A DNA stretch of 64,000 bases, taken from contig JAWLHY010000005.1 in the NCBI GenBank assembly GCA_041690135.1, forward strand, positions 371,261-435,260, written 5' to 3'. The notes under the pieces are model-generated. The model saw only the letters and a list, made by a program, of their open reading frames with translations. It had not been told where the DNA came from and did not search any database. This DNA comes from Armatimonadota bacterium (GTDB lineage: Bacteria; Armatimonadota; SYMT01). This document shows, in pieces, positions 19,818-30,400 of this stretch. The first letter of the stretch is position 1. Each line of letters begins with the position of its first letter. A program made the translations under genes and the position numbers.

Positions 19818-22622
19818 TCATGTGGGCAATGCGCCCGGCGCGAGAAGCCAATTCCAGTCCGTCTGGGTGAAGGAACCAGTGCGGAACCGTTCTCGCAGAG
19901 CGTGGACGTCGGGAGCGAGGTTGGGGACCGCTTCCTCTGCGGCGACCGCTTCGGCGTGGGGCATGGCGTCGGCGGCGAGGTCTGCGAGCGTCAGCACAGG
20001 AAGGCTACAGGTACCGCTGCGTACGAGCTGCTGCACGGCAGTGATGACTGCAATCTCCTGGGGCAGCTCGGCATGGAGGTTGCGTGCGAGGAAACGGCCG
20101 CCGACCTCAGGAGCGTTTACGGCGCCAGCGGAGCGGAGCGGAACCGTGCCGTCTCCGCGAGTGTTGGCGGTGCCAAATAGGTTGGCGACGGTGGGGTGCC
20201 GTTGGCTGACGACCAGGTAGGCACGCGTCAGCAGCGGACTGCCGCTGATCTTGCCCTTCAGCGCGCGGCTGCGCTTGAGGTGCAACTCGGAGGGCGCCAA
20301 CTGTGGATCCGGCCAGCCGTTGGTGCGGTAGAGGGGGTGCGCGTCCCCGAAAACGGCGGGGTCTGGCAGCATGTCGAGCAGGCCGGAGAGCGAGCAGGCC
20401 ATCAGCTGGAAATCGCGAACGGTATCGTTCCGTGATAGGAACGCGAGCTTCTTGAGGGTATCGTAGGTGCCGAGCACGGCCTGCATCGACGCATAGCTCC
20501 CGTGCAGGGGGGAGCCCAGCAGCACTGCGCTCTCCACCCGATCGCTCCATTCCCGGTGCCGGGCCGCGTAGAGGCAGGCCACCAGACCACCCATCGAGTG
20601 GGCGACGAGCGCGAACCTTTTGTGCGGACGCTGGGCGGCGAGTTCCTCGATGAACCGGTGGAGACTGTCCGCCAGTGCTTCGATCGGCTTGCGCCAATCG
20701 TAGGAGAACTCGTTGACTACGAACCCGGCGTTGCGCCAAGTTCGGGAGGCGCGGGCGTAGGTGAGCCGGAGCATGCCGTCCGGCTTGAGCACCTGCCCCG
20801 AGGTGGCTTCGCGCACGCCGTCCGGATCGAGCGAGAGGCGCTCGGCCAGATCGCCCGCGAAGAACGCCAGGGGGTTGATCCAGAGCCGCCCGCCCATGCC
20901 GGCGGTGCGGGCTAGGTGCCCGCCGAGGATGCCGTGGATGAAGACGATCTCCGGCAGCGCGGGATCGGCGCGGCGCCCGAAGAGCCCTGACAGGAACGAT
21001 TCCTCCAGGGCGACGGACTCCACCGTGGGCTCCCCGAGCGATACCAGGGTCAGTTCCCGGATGAGGGCATCAGCCTCCGCGGGCGGCAGCACCGCGTAGA
21101 GGCGCCGGGCCGTTTCGGCGGGATGGTCCTGCAGCTCGGCGGCGATGGCCGCATCATCGGTCTGCTCGTACCAGGCGGTGGGCGAGACCGCTTCCGGCGC
21201 TGCTGCCGGGGTCAGCCCGAGGGACGCCGGCGCGGGCAACGGAGGACCGGGCGCTGCTGGGGCCGGCGTGCCAGTCTCGCTCGCCGCCGGGTTGGAGCGG
21301 GCCGCGCGCCGCGTGTAGACGGTGGGACCGGAGCCGCGGTAGGTGTCCCAGTAACGGAGCCATTCCGGATCCGGCTGCTCCGGCGCGTCTTCCGGCACAG
21401 GGCTGAACCGGAAGCCCAGCGCCCGCAGGTAGGGATCTCGAGCCAGCTCCCAGGCGGGCACCGCCCAGTTGGTGAGCAGGTACTGCCCCGCGAAGTGGAG
21501 GCCGATCACCTCTCCCGTGAGCAGATCGAGGATCGCAGAGCCGGAGTTACCGGTTAGAGTGGAGCAGTCGTGCGTGAGCGCCTCCACCTCCGGGCGATTG
21601 AGGGGCGCAAAGCGGGAGAGCGGCTCCCGGCCGCCGTTCCGCACCATGCCCAGGAGCCCGGGGAGGAGCCGCTTGCGGCCGTAGATTCCCCGGAACTCCC
21701 GGTCCTGGACCTCTACGTTGGAGAAGGGGTTCCGGTGCGGATAGCCCACGGTGACCACGTAGCGGCTCTCCAGCGGGCCGGCGGGGCGGACGGAGGCGAG
21801 GGTCAACGGGCGGGGCATCGCAGCCCCTAGCGGCGCCCGCACGGCCAGGACCGCGGCGTCCCAGTATGGGTGGATAAGGGCGACGTCTTCCACCTCCAGC
21901 AGCACTGGCGCCGGCTCCGGGGTGCCGGACGGGTGGACCTCACGGCGGGTGTCCAGAGCCGCCGCTCCGGGCCGGTAGGAGAGCGTACCGCTGCCGGGGT
22001 GCCCATGACCCGACGCGAACAGCTGCGCGACGTGCCGATTCGTCAGCAGCAGCCCCTCCCCCACGAAGAAGGCGGTGCCGCCGAACGGACGGAGCGGGTC
22101 CTGCGGCAGTTCCACGCGGCCAATGGCGGGGAGGGCGGCCTCCAGCAGTTCCCGCTCCCGGGGGCGGCCGAGGAATTCGAAAGGGAAGGCCGGCGTCTGG
22201 TACGTACCGCCGGTGACGTCGATGACGGGGCGCTCTCCGGGCAGGATCACCTCTTCCAGCACTAACGCTTCCCGGGCGGTGAGTGGGTCCCCGTTCACCA
22301 GCTTGGTGACTACGTTCTGCGCGGTGCGGATCGTCTCGTCGGTAAGCCCTGGCGATGGGAGGGTGAAGGACTCGAAGGCCGCTTCCTCCCGGGCAGCCTG
22401 CTGCTGCCGGGACGTCAGCATCCGGGCGACGCTTTCCTCATTGATCGGCCGCGCGGGTGGGAGCAGAGCCGGCGCGCTTCCTTCCGCCGGGATCCCCTCT
22501 TCTTCTCCCCGCTGGAATCGCTCGTGGAAGGCCTGCGCGGGCCGATCCGAAGGGATTTTGCGTACCTGCTCGAAGTAGCGCAGGAGACGCTGCTGGTGGG
22601 CAGGAGAGTACGGATCGCTCAT
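19818..22622 (-). CDS. trypsin-like serine protease fused to an alpha/beta-hydrolase (lipase/acyltransferase-like)
   Basis: Protease triad LLTNRHVA, WDAAVL, HDCSTLTGNSGS. Pro/Ala linker. Hydrolase motifs FIHGILG, FSYDWRK, VAHSMGG, GDGTVP. AAAGGA RBS before ATG 22622. Confidence 0.85.
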   Translation of the reverse strand: MSDPYSPAHQQRLLRYFEQVRKIPSDRPAQAFHERFQRGEEEGIPAEGSAPALLPPARPINEESVARMLTSRQQQAAREEAAFESFTLPSPGLTDETIRTAQNVVTKLVNGDPLTAREALVLEEVILPGERPVIDVTGGTYQTPAFPFEFLGRPRERELLEAALPAIGRVELPQDPLRPFGGTAFFVGEGLLLTNRHVAQLFASGHGHPGSGTLSYRPGAAALDTRREVHPSGTPEPAPVLLEVEDVALIHPYWDAAVLAVRAPLGAAMPRPLTLASVRPAGPLESRYVVTVGYPHRNPFSNVEVQDREFRGIYGRKRLLPGLLGMVRNGGREPLSRFAPLNRPEVEALTHDCSTLTGNSGSAILDLLTGEVIGLHFAGQYLLTNWAVPAWELARDPYLRALGFRFSPVPEDAPEQPDPEWLRYWDTYRGSGPTVYTRRAARSNPAASETGTPAPAAPGPPLPAPASLGLTPAAAPEAVSPTAWYEQTDDAAIAAELQDHPAETARRLYAVLPPAEADALIRELTLVSLGEPTVESVALEESFLSGLFGRRADPALPEIVFIHGILGGHLARTAGMGGRLWINPLAFFAGDLAERLSLDPDGVREATSGQVLKPDGMLRLTYARASRTWRNAGFVVNEFSYDWRKPIEALADSLHRFIEELAAQRPHKRFALVAHSMGGLVACLYAARHREWSDRVESAVLLGSPLHGSYASMQAVLGTYDTLKKLAFLSRNDTVRDFQLMACSLSGLLDMLPDPAVFGDAHPLYRTNGWPDPQLAPSELHLKRSRALKGKISGSPLLTRAYLVVSQRHPTVANLFGTANTRGDGTVPLRSAGAVNAPEVGGRFLARNLHAELPQEIAVITAVQQLVRSGTCSLPVLTLADLAADAMPHAEAVAAEEAVPNLAPDVHALRERFRTGSFTQTDWNWLLAPGALPT

Positions 22623-23186
22623 GGATCTATCCTTTAAGTTACAGGCGAACCGGCGACCGGGCGTGGGGACGGCCTGAGGCGACCGGCAATGCAGGGAACT
22701 TTCTACCGGATGGTTGAACAATAGAGGGTGTCATTCCTCGCTCTGGGGGTAACGAGGCTGCCCGTATTGAGATGAGTGCCGGTTGAGCCTGCGCCTGGTG
22801 AGCGAGCTAGGGGCTACAGGGGGCAAAGCCTGCCTGCGCAGGCTGGGAGTTCCGGCACTCAACCAACGGTCTTCCCGAGAGGCGGGTACAAGCATGGTCT
22901 ATTTGTGCTCGCCAGGACCCCGGACGAGAGATCCAATCGGGAGGCAGGTACCGGTCTGGCCTGGTGCCGAGATCCCTCCTGCAGTTAGGATGACTCCTTA
23001 TGGGGGGCGACAATGCCCGGGTACGGTATTTTGTAAGTGGAAGCCGTTCAGTAGTGTTGCGTTCAGGATAACTGGTCCCGCAAGGTGTGAAATGCGTGAA
23101 TGCCGTTGTTTGAGACCCACTACGACGAACCGGTTTCTGCTTTCGGTCAGCAATAGGTCAGCATTCGAACTACCTGACTACCGACT

Positions 23187-24371
23187 ATGCCCACACTCAC
23201 GCGAGCTCAAGAAGATAACCTGATCCGGATCCTCTCCCGGCATCCGGATTTCCAGACGGCGGAGGACCGGCTGCGGTTGCTGCTGCAGATCATCCCAACC
23301 GCGGCGGACGGGGACGAGACCGCGTACCACGTGAACCTGGGAAAGGATGCCATCCGGGTCGCGGAGGGATTGCTCGCGCAGCTCAAGTTCGAGGGGGTGG
23401 GCCCGGACGGGGTCCACCGCCTGCGGCACATGGTAGCCGGTCTGCGGGAGAAGGTGCGAGACGAGCGGGACCGGGGACGGCTAGCGGGGATGCTCACCTA
23501 CCTGGACCAGCACACCCCGGCGGTGGCGCCGCCCCCGCCGCCCCCGGCGCCGCTCCGCCCGGACCCGCAGCCGCGGCTGGACCCCGCGGACTGGCGGGGC
23601 AAGAATTCCGACGCACCGCCGTATGAGAAGGTGGTGCGGGTAAATACGCTGCGGCAGTTCTATCTGCTGGAGCGTGCGGTGCCTGCTTCACGCGGGGTGT
23701 TCCGCATCGAGGGACGTCCACCCGGCACGGAAGGCGAGCCGGCGGCTTCCACCGGCTTCCTCATCGCCCGCGGTGTGGAGACGGCCCCCGGCGGACCAAG
23801 GGTGGCGCTAGCGATGACGAACCACCACGTGATCGCCACTCTGGAAGAGTTCCCCGGTTATGAGTGCTGGTTCAATTACCGGCTTGACCTGGACGGCCGC
23901 GAGCCGGTGCCCTCGCCGCAAGGGTTCTGCAAGCTGCAGCCGCTGCCGCTGGCCGAGTGGTTCTTTACGGACGCGGGGCTGGACGTAACGGTGTTTGCGC
24001 TCGACGATGCGGTGGTGCCGGCGAATGCGGTGGCTCTGGGGGTGCGAGAGGCCCGCCCACTGGAGGGGGCGCGGGTGCCGATCATTCAGCACCCGAACGG
24101 GGAGTACCTGCAGATCTCGTTCCAGAGCAACTTCATCGCGTACGCGAACGACGAGATCCTGCAATACACCACTACTACCCTGCCCGGCTCTTCGGGCTCC
24201 CCTGTGTTCAATGAGCGGTTCGAGGTGATCGGGATCCACTCAATGGGCGGGGACCTGCCCCACCCCGGTCAGCCAGGACTGACTACCCTAATCAACCAGG
24301 GCACTTCAATCAAGGCGATCCTGGCGGTTCTGCCGGGGGCTATCCGTGGGCGGGTTATGGTGCTGGGGTAA
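23187..24371 (+). CDS. effector-associated-domain (EAD8-like) trypsin-like peptidase
   Basis: ~100-aa helical N-domain, poly-Pro linker, then STGFLI, MTNHHVI, LDVTVF, IIQHPNG, TLPGSSGSPVFN. Confidence 0.82.
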   Translation: MPTLTRAQEDNLIRILSRHPDFQTAEDRLRLLLQIIPTAADGDETAYHVNLGKDAIRVAEGLLAQLKFEGVGPDGVHRLRHMVAGLREKVRDERDRGRLAGMLTYLDQHTPAVAPPPPPPAPLRPDPQPRLDPADWRGKNSDAPPYEKVVRVNTLRQFYLLERAVPASRGVFRIEGRPPGTEGEPAASTGFLIARGVETAPGGPRVALAMTNHHVIATLEEFPGYECWFNYRLDLDGREPVPSPQGFCKLQPLPLAEWFFTDAGLDVTVFALDDAVVPANAVALGVREARPLEGARVPIIQHPNGEYLQISFQSNFIAYANDEILQYTTTTLPGSSGSPVFNERFEVIGIHSMGGDLPHPGQPGLTTLINQGTSIKAILAVLPGAIRGRVMVLG

Positions 24372-24693
24372 GGTTGTGGGCTCGGGCAGAGCGGCCCGAC
24401 GGTCGTAGTCTTGGCGCCGAACTTCGCGAATCGCTCGGATGTCATACCGTTCGTATGGCAGAGGGACAGGAAGCCAGGAAGCCAAGAGTGATGCCAAGCG
24501 ACTGAACTCGCGGCTATAAAACGCGAAGCGAGCCTTCGCAGGGTGTAGCACCGACCTATCCACCCGCTCGCCCTTGAGTGGAGGGGGAGGTGTTAGCCCG
24601 GCTGACGGACAATTAACACTTGGGAGACAGCGGCTAATCCGAATAAGCCGCGACGAGGCACTGTCGTCTCCGGTACTGGTCTTGAGTTCGAAC

Positions 24694-26253
24694 GTGCTCT
24701 TTCCACTGTTACAACCGGCCGACGAACGGCTGCTCCGCGACTATCTGCTCTCCGTGCTGGCACGAACCGGAGACGAGCCGGAGCGGCGCCGGGCCTTGTG
24801 CAAATACTTGCCGGACTCGGTAGCCCAGCTGCCGGCGGAGGCGTGGCTGACCGAGAGGCGGCTGCGACTGGACCGATCCCACGCTGAGATCCTGGAGCAG
24901 TTCTTCGAAGCGCTTCAGAGCCATCCGCCGGCGCTGTTGGCGCACTTGGAAGTGCTGAGCCAGAGCGTGAAGGACGGGCCGACACGCGAGGAGTTCGCGC
25001 GGATGCGGGACGGGCTGCGGTTGGCCCTCGATCCGCTGACGGAGGCGCAGCGCCTTCTGGACGCCGCCGCTTCGGCGGACCCGGACGTCCTTCCGGACGC
25101 ACTGGCCGCCGGTCTCTGGAAGGCGCTGGGGAAGCGCGAGTCGGGTACGTTCTGGCAGGCGGTGGCGCTGCTGGTGCCGCATCCCGCCCGCACTTACCAG
25201 GAGTCGGGACAGGAAGTGCTGCGCCTGCCGCTAGTGGTGGCGCTGGAGCGAACCGCGGCCCGGGTGGGCTTGTCCGGGCCAGACCGGACCCAGTATGGCG
25301 AACTCGTCCAGCAGGCGGTGGAGCGTCTTTACCCGCCGCCTCCCAAAGCCCCGGAGGCAGACCAAACAGCGCCGGGGCCTACCGCGCCGGCCTTCGATCC
25401 GATCACCGTGTACGTGCTGGCACTCGGCTCTAACACCCTGAGCACGGCGGACACGCGCTACCGGCTGTGGTACACGGATCCGCAGGGAGACCGCGGCGCC
25501 CGAGACCTGACCGGCACCCTGAAGGAACTGCAGGCCGGCTTCTCCGCCTGGATCAGTGACGTCCTGTTCGAGTGGTCCGGCGATACCCCACTGGTGGAGT
25601 TTGTGCTGCCCGAGGAGTGCCTGGAGTGGGACGTGGAGCGTTGGGAAGTGGCCCTCAACCCGCGCAACCCAGCCACCGGAAAGCCGATTGGCACGGCGTT
25701 TCCGGTGGTGCTGCGGAACTGGGGGCGGTACGAAGCTCGGCCGCACATCAAGCGCCTGGAGCGCCGCTGCAAGGAGTTGAAGGGCACCGGCACCCTGTAC
25801 TGGTGCCACGAGCCGGCTCATGAGCCGGGCTTGCCGGTCTACCTGGACCACTCGGACTGCCGGACGGTGCTCTACCTGGGCGCGGGCTACCCCTTGCAGC
25901 GGACCGGCGGTAGAAACCTCTGGCTGGCGGTACTCCGGAACGGGGTTCCAGTAGTGATCTGGCGCCGCACCGCCGGCAGCGGAGCGGTGCCCATCCCGGA
26001 CCAACTGGAGAAGCTACTCCATCAGGCACAGCGTCTCCACCCGTTCAACGAGCTGCCAAGTAAGATCAAGGACTGGCGCAGCCTGGTGATCCAGGAGCCA
26101 CCGCAGTACGACGACACGGCGGATGAGGTCTCCCTGCTCTGGGAGAACCCCTACCGGCTCCCCGCCGCCCCACCCCTGCCCGAGGGGGCACCCACCGCAC
26201 CCGACGAAGCTCGCCCGGCGCCGGCGCCCACCAGCACGGGGCGGATCGATTGA
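24694..26253 (+). CDS. vWA-MoxR-associated protein (VMAP, C-terminal VMAP-C domain)
   Basis: PLVEFVLP..WDVERWE, IGTAFPVVLR, GVPVVIWRR, SLLWENPYRLP; lies directly upstream of MoxR. Start uncertain (ORF open from 24574; GTG 24694 chosen). Confidence 0.8.
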   Translation: MLFPLLQPADERLLRDYLLSVLARTGDEPERRRALCKYLPDSVAQLPAEAWLTERRLRLDRSHAEILEQFFEALQSHPPALLAHLEVLSQSVKDGPTREEFARMRDGLRLALDPLTEAQRLLDAAASADPDVLPDALAAGLWKALGKRESGTFWQAVALLVPHPARTYQESGQEVLRLPLVVALERTAARVGLSGPDRTQYGELVQQAVERLYPPPPKAPEADQTAPGPTAPAFDPITVYVLALGSNTLSTADTRYRLWYTDPQGDRGARDLTGTLKELQAGFSAWISDVLFEWSGDTPLVEFVLPEECLEWDVERWEVALNPRNPATGKPIGTAFPVVLRNWGRYEARPHIKRLERRCKELKGTGTLYWCHEPAHEPGLPVYLDHSDCRTVLYLGAGYPLQRTGGRNLWLAVLRNGVPVVIWRRTAGSGAVPIPDQLEKLLHQAQRLHPFNELPSKIKDWRSLVIQEPPQYDDTADEVSLLWENPYRLPAAPPLPEGAPTAPDEARPAPAPTSTGRID

Positions 26254-27419
26254 AAACACAGGTATCTCCCATGCAGCTCGAGCCCCCTACAGCTACTCCC
26301 AATCCGGACGTGCCCGCCGACTGGTGGGCATTCCACGGTGACCGCAACGCCGATGAGAAGATCGCGGCGGAGCGACGGTCCCGGCTGGGCCCCGCCCCGC
26401 CCTGGCGGCCGTCCCGGGCCGTGCCGGACAACACCCTCTACACGCCCCGTCCGGAGCCGCTGGGAGAGACCTATCGCTGCGGGAAGGCGGTGATCGAGAT
26501 GGTCAACGCCGCTCTCGTGCTGCGGCGGCCGCTGTTGATCACCGGTGAGCCGGGCAGCGGGAAGTCGTCCCTGGCGTATGCCGTGGCGCGGGAACTGGGC
26601 CTGGGCCGCGTGCTGCGGTGGAACATTACCAGCCGCACCACCCTGCGGGACGGTCTGTACAGCTACGATGCCCTCGGGCGGTTGCAGGCTTCCGACCTGG
26701 GCGGCGACAGTGACCAGGTGGCGGAGATCGGGCAGTTCATCACCCTGGGGCCGCTGGGCACCGCGCTGCTGCCCTGGTCCACACCGCGGGTGCTGCTGAT
26801 CGATGAGATCGATAAGAGCGACGTGGACCTCCCGAACGACCTGCTGCATGTGTTCGAAGAGGGCGAGTTCGAGATCCCGGAACTGGTGCGGCATCCGGAT
26901 CCGGACGACCGGGGCGTGCGGGTGTGGCCGGACAAGGCGGACCGTCCGCCCCTGGACCGAACGAACCCGGTGCCGCCGGAGCAGTACCAGGTAACGGTGC
27001 ACCGGGGCCGGGTGCAGTGCAGCCAGTTCCCCTTCGTGGTGCTGACCAGCAACGCCGAGCGAGAGTTTCCGCCGGCGTTCCTGCGCCGGTGCCTGCGCCT
27101 GCGGCTGCCCCGACCCGGCCGCGACCAACTGAAGGAGATCGTGCGGGCCCACTTCTCCAATCCGGAGCGGCCGGTGCCCTCCGAGACGCAGCTCGACGAG
27201 CTGATCAGCCGGTTTCTCAAGCGGCGGGACGTGGGCGCCCTGGCCAACGACCAGCTGCTGCAGGCGCTGTTCCTGCGGCTGCGGGGCGGGGAGGCGATCG
27301 ACAGCAACCCGGAAGATGACCTCCGGAACCTGATCAACCGGCTGCTCCATCCCCTGAACCAGCCGGAGGCGGCGGTGGAGCCGGACGAGGACGCGGATGA
27401 CGGCTGCGGGCGCGGATAA
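26250..27419 (+). CDS. MoxR-family AAA+ ATPase of the ternary conflict system
   Basis: RRPLLITGEPGSGKSS (Walker A), LLIDEIDKSDVDLPNDLL (Walker B), LTSNAEREFPPAFLRRC. Overlaps the VMAP stop codon. Confidence 0.92.
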   Translation: MKTQVSPMQLEPPTATPNPDVPADWWAFHGDRNADEKIAAERRSRLGPAPPWRPSRAVPDNTLYTPRPEPLGETYRCGKAVIEMVNAALVLRRPLLITGEPGSGKSSLAYAVARELGLGRVLRWNITSRTTLRDGLYSYDALGRLQASDLGGDSDQVAEIGQFITLGPLGTALLPWSTPRVLLIDEIDKSDVDLPNDLLHVFEEGEFEIPELVRHPDPDDRGVRVWPDKADRPPLDRTNPVPPEQYQVTVHRGRVQCSQFPFVVLTSNAEREFPPAFLRRCLRLRLPRPGRDQLKEIVRAHFSNPERPVPSETQLDELISRFLKRRDVGALANDQLLQALFLRLRGGEAIDSNPEDDLRNLINRLLHPLNQPEAAVEPDEDADDGCGRG

Positions 27420-30400
27420 GTCGCCATCGGCGCCGGAATCCCTGATCCAGTTGCTCGACTGCCTGAGCGGGCTGGAAACCCGCCTGCTCGCCGCGGAATT
27501 GGCGGACGTGCTCTGGCTGGCCCAGCGGCTGCCGGAGCGGCAGGCACCTTCCCGGTCCGGGGAGGCGGCCGAGGCACCGGCAACGGAGGAGACGGAGAGC
27601 CCCCGGGATTCGGCCCGGTCCGAGGCCGGATCGCCCGACGGCACGCCTGCCCACACGGACGCCGACTCGGGTACTAACGCGGAGGTCGGACAGGAGAGGG
27701 AACGTCCACCGGGATCTGTCCCACCGACGGACGCCGGGCAGCCGGAGGACGAGCGGATCCGACTATTTCCAGGCCGTCCCAACTCCCCCGAGCAGACGGG
27801 CGCGGGCGAGATGCCTTCTTCCTCATTCCAGGGCACGGCAGCCCGCGCCCTCCCCCGGACCCGGCAGATCCTGCGGGCCCTCCGCCCACTCGCGGGCCGG
27901 GTCCCCTCGCCCCGGCGGGACGAGCTGGAGGTGGACGTCGAGGCAACGCTCGAGCGGATTACGGAGGGGCTGCTGGCTGCCCGCGCTCGTTCGGAAGCCA
28001 GTGGGGCGGCGCGCCGCAACCGTCCCATTCCCCGCACGCCCGTGTTGCGGCCGGCCGAGGTGCGGCCCTACGAGCTGCACCTGGTGGTGGATACCAGCGC
28101 CAGCATGGCGGTGTGGGAGGAGGCTGCGGGAGAGCTGGCACAGCTGCTGGTGGGCCTGGGCAGCTTCTCGGACGTGCGGGTCTGGTACCTAGACACCCAG
28201 TCTGGCGGGGAGCCGCCGCTCTACGCGGGAGTCCGGTGCGGCGGGGGGACCCAACGCGGGGAGCGGCGGTCCGGTGCCGAGCTGCGGGGCGGGGGCGGCA
28301 GCATTCCGGGTGCCGGGGCGCGGCTGGTGCTGGTGCTGACTGACGGCCTGGGGCCAGCATGGTGGGATGGCCGGGCGCTGGACCTGCTGGCCTCCTGGGC
28401 GGACACGGGCCGGGTAACGCTGCTCCAGACGCTGCCGGAGCGGCTCTGGGGCCGCGCGGTGCACGGTGTACCTCGCTGGCTGGTGGGCGCCCACGAGGCC
28501 GGTGTCCCGAACCGGCGGCTGCTCACGGCTCCCCGGCCGGGCGTCCGCAGCGCGGCGCCGGCGAACGCCCCCCGGTATGATCGAGACCCGGAACGAGTTT
28601 ACGTTCCGGTGGTCGCGCTAGACCCGGACCCGCTGCACACCTGGGCGCGACTGATGACCGGACGCGGCGGGGTGTGGCTGCCGGCGTTTCGCATGCGCCT
28701 GAAGTCCTCACCGGCCCAAACCGTCGCGCCTCTCGAGCCCGTAGACCCGGAGGAGCCGGAAACCGAGGCGGCGCGGGCAGCCCGGATGGTACGCGAGTTC
28801 CGGGCTGGCGCCCCCTGGGAGGCACGCCGCCTGGCGGAACTGTTCGCGGCCGTGGGCACCCTCACCATACCGGTGATGCGCGCCATCCAGGATGCGATGG
28901 TGGCCGGCTCCGGGCTGGAGGCACTGGCGGAGGTGCTGGCCAGCGGCCTGCTGGAAGCCCGCGAAGCTGCGGGCGGGACGGTCTACGCTTTCCGTGGAGA
29001 GCAGCACGGGATAGCCCTGCGCCAGCGGCTGTGGCAGCGCGCAAGCGTTCCGGACACGCTGCGGGCCATGCAGACGGCACTGAACGAGCTCCAGCGGAGC
29101 GTGGGGGATTTTCTGGCCGGAATGAACGCCGAAGGTGCAGCCCAGCCGCTCCAGGTGCTTGATCCACAGGGCCTCCAGCGGCTGTCGGCGGACCACGCCC
29201 TGGCGCCGTTCGCGGCGGTGGCGGCGGAGTACCTGGAGTCGCTGGGCGGGCAGTACGTGCGGAGCGCCCGGACGTGGCAGACAGGCATCGCGTTACCGCC
29301 GCATCAAGGAGACGCCGGCGATCCCACGTCGTATTCGCTGAACGATCTGATCGCGTTGTCCCGGAACCTGGACGGACAGGGCCCGTGGCTGCAGGGGAAG
29401 GTACCGCCCATCCATCTCCTCACCGCAGCGGAGAAGCTCGGGGAGCCGATCAGCGCGGTAATGCACCGGCTGGGCCGGTTTGAAGCCCGGTTCGAGCTGG
29501 AGCTGCCGGTGCTCGACGACCTCGAGCTGACGGCACTTGATGAGCCGCTGCCTAACGAAGCCGATCGGATCGTGCTGTCCCACGGTCTGGACGGCCAGAC
29601 GCCCTGGCTGCACGGGCGGGTCGGGAAAGAACACCTCCTGGCAGCGGCCGTCCAACTGCGAGAGCCCGTGGTGACCGTGCGGCAGCGACTGGAGCGGTTC
29701 GCGGCCCTGTTCGAGCTAGAGCTCCCGGCACCCGGCGACCCCTCCCCCACCCAACCCCTGCGGGTCTTCGTCTCGGCGTCGTTCCGGTATTGCCACCAGG
29801 AACGGCGGGCGATCTTGGCGGAGTTGGCCCGGCGCCCGGAGATCGTGGACACCAGTTGGGAAGCACTGCCGGCGGACCAGCGGGACCGGCAGCACCGGCT
29901 GCCGGTGGTGGCCGCATGCGATCTCTTCCTGCTGCTCCCGGGGGAGGGGCCCAGCGCGGGGCTGGAGGCGGAATACGCCGCAGCATTGGAGCACGGGAAG
30001 ACCTGCCTCGCATACTTCCACCGGGACGCGGCACCGCTGGACGAAACCACGCGGGAGTTCTGGAAGAGACTCCGGGACCGGCACGGCGTTCGGACTTATG
30101 GCAGCTCGGAAGAACTGATCCGGCAGGTCTCACTCGACCTCGATTTTGAGCTGGCGCGGCTGACCGGGAAAGTTCAGGAGCACCCGATGGAGGTGGTGGT
30201 CCTGTTCTCGGATGGGCAATGCGCGGCTCTGCCGGTAGGCGTCGGCGTGTTGGACGCGGCGTTCCACGTGGACCCCGAGCTAGGGCTGCGGATGAACGGC
30301 GCGCGCGTGAACGGCGAGGCGGTGCCGCTGAGCTATCAACTCCGTCAACGGGATCAGGTGGAGCTGGTCACGACCCCCCACAGTTATCCGTCCCGGGAGT

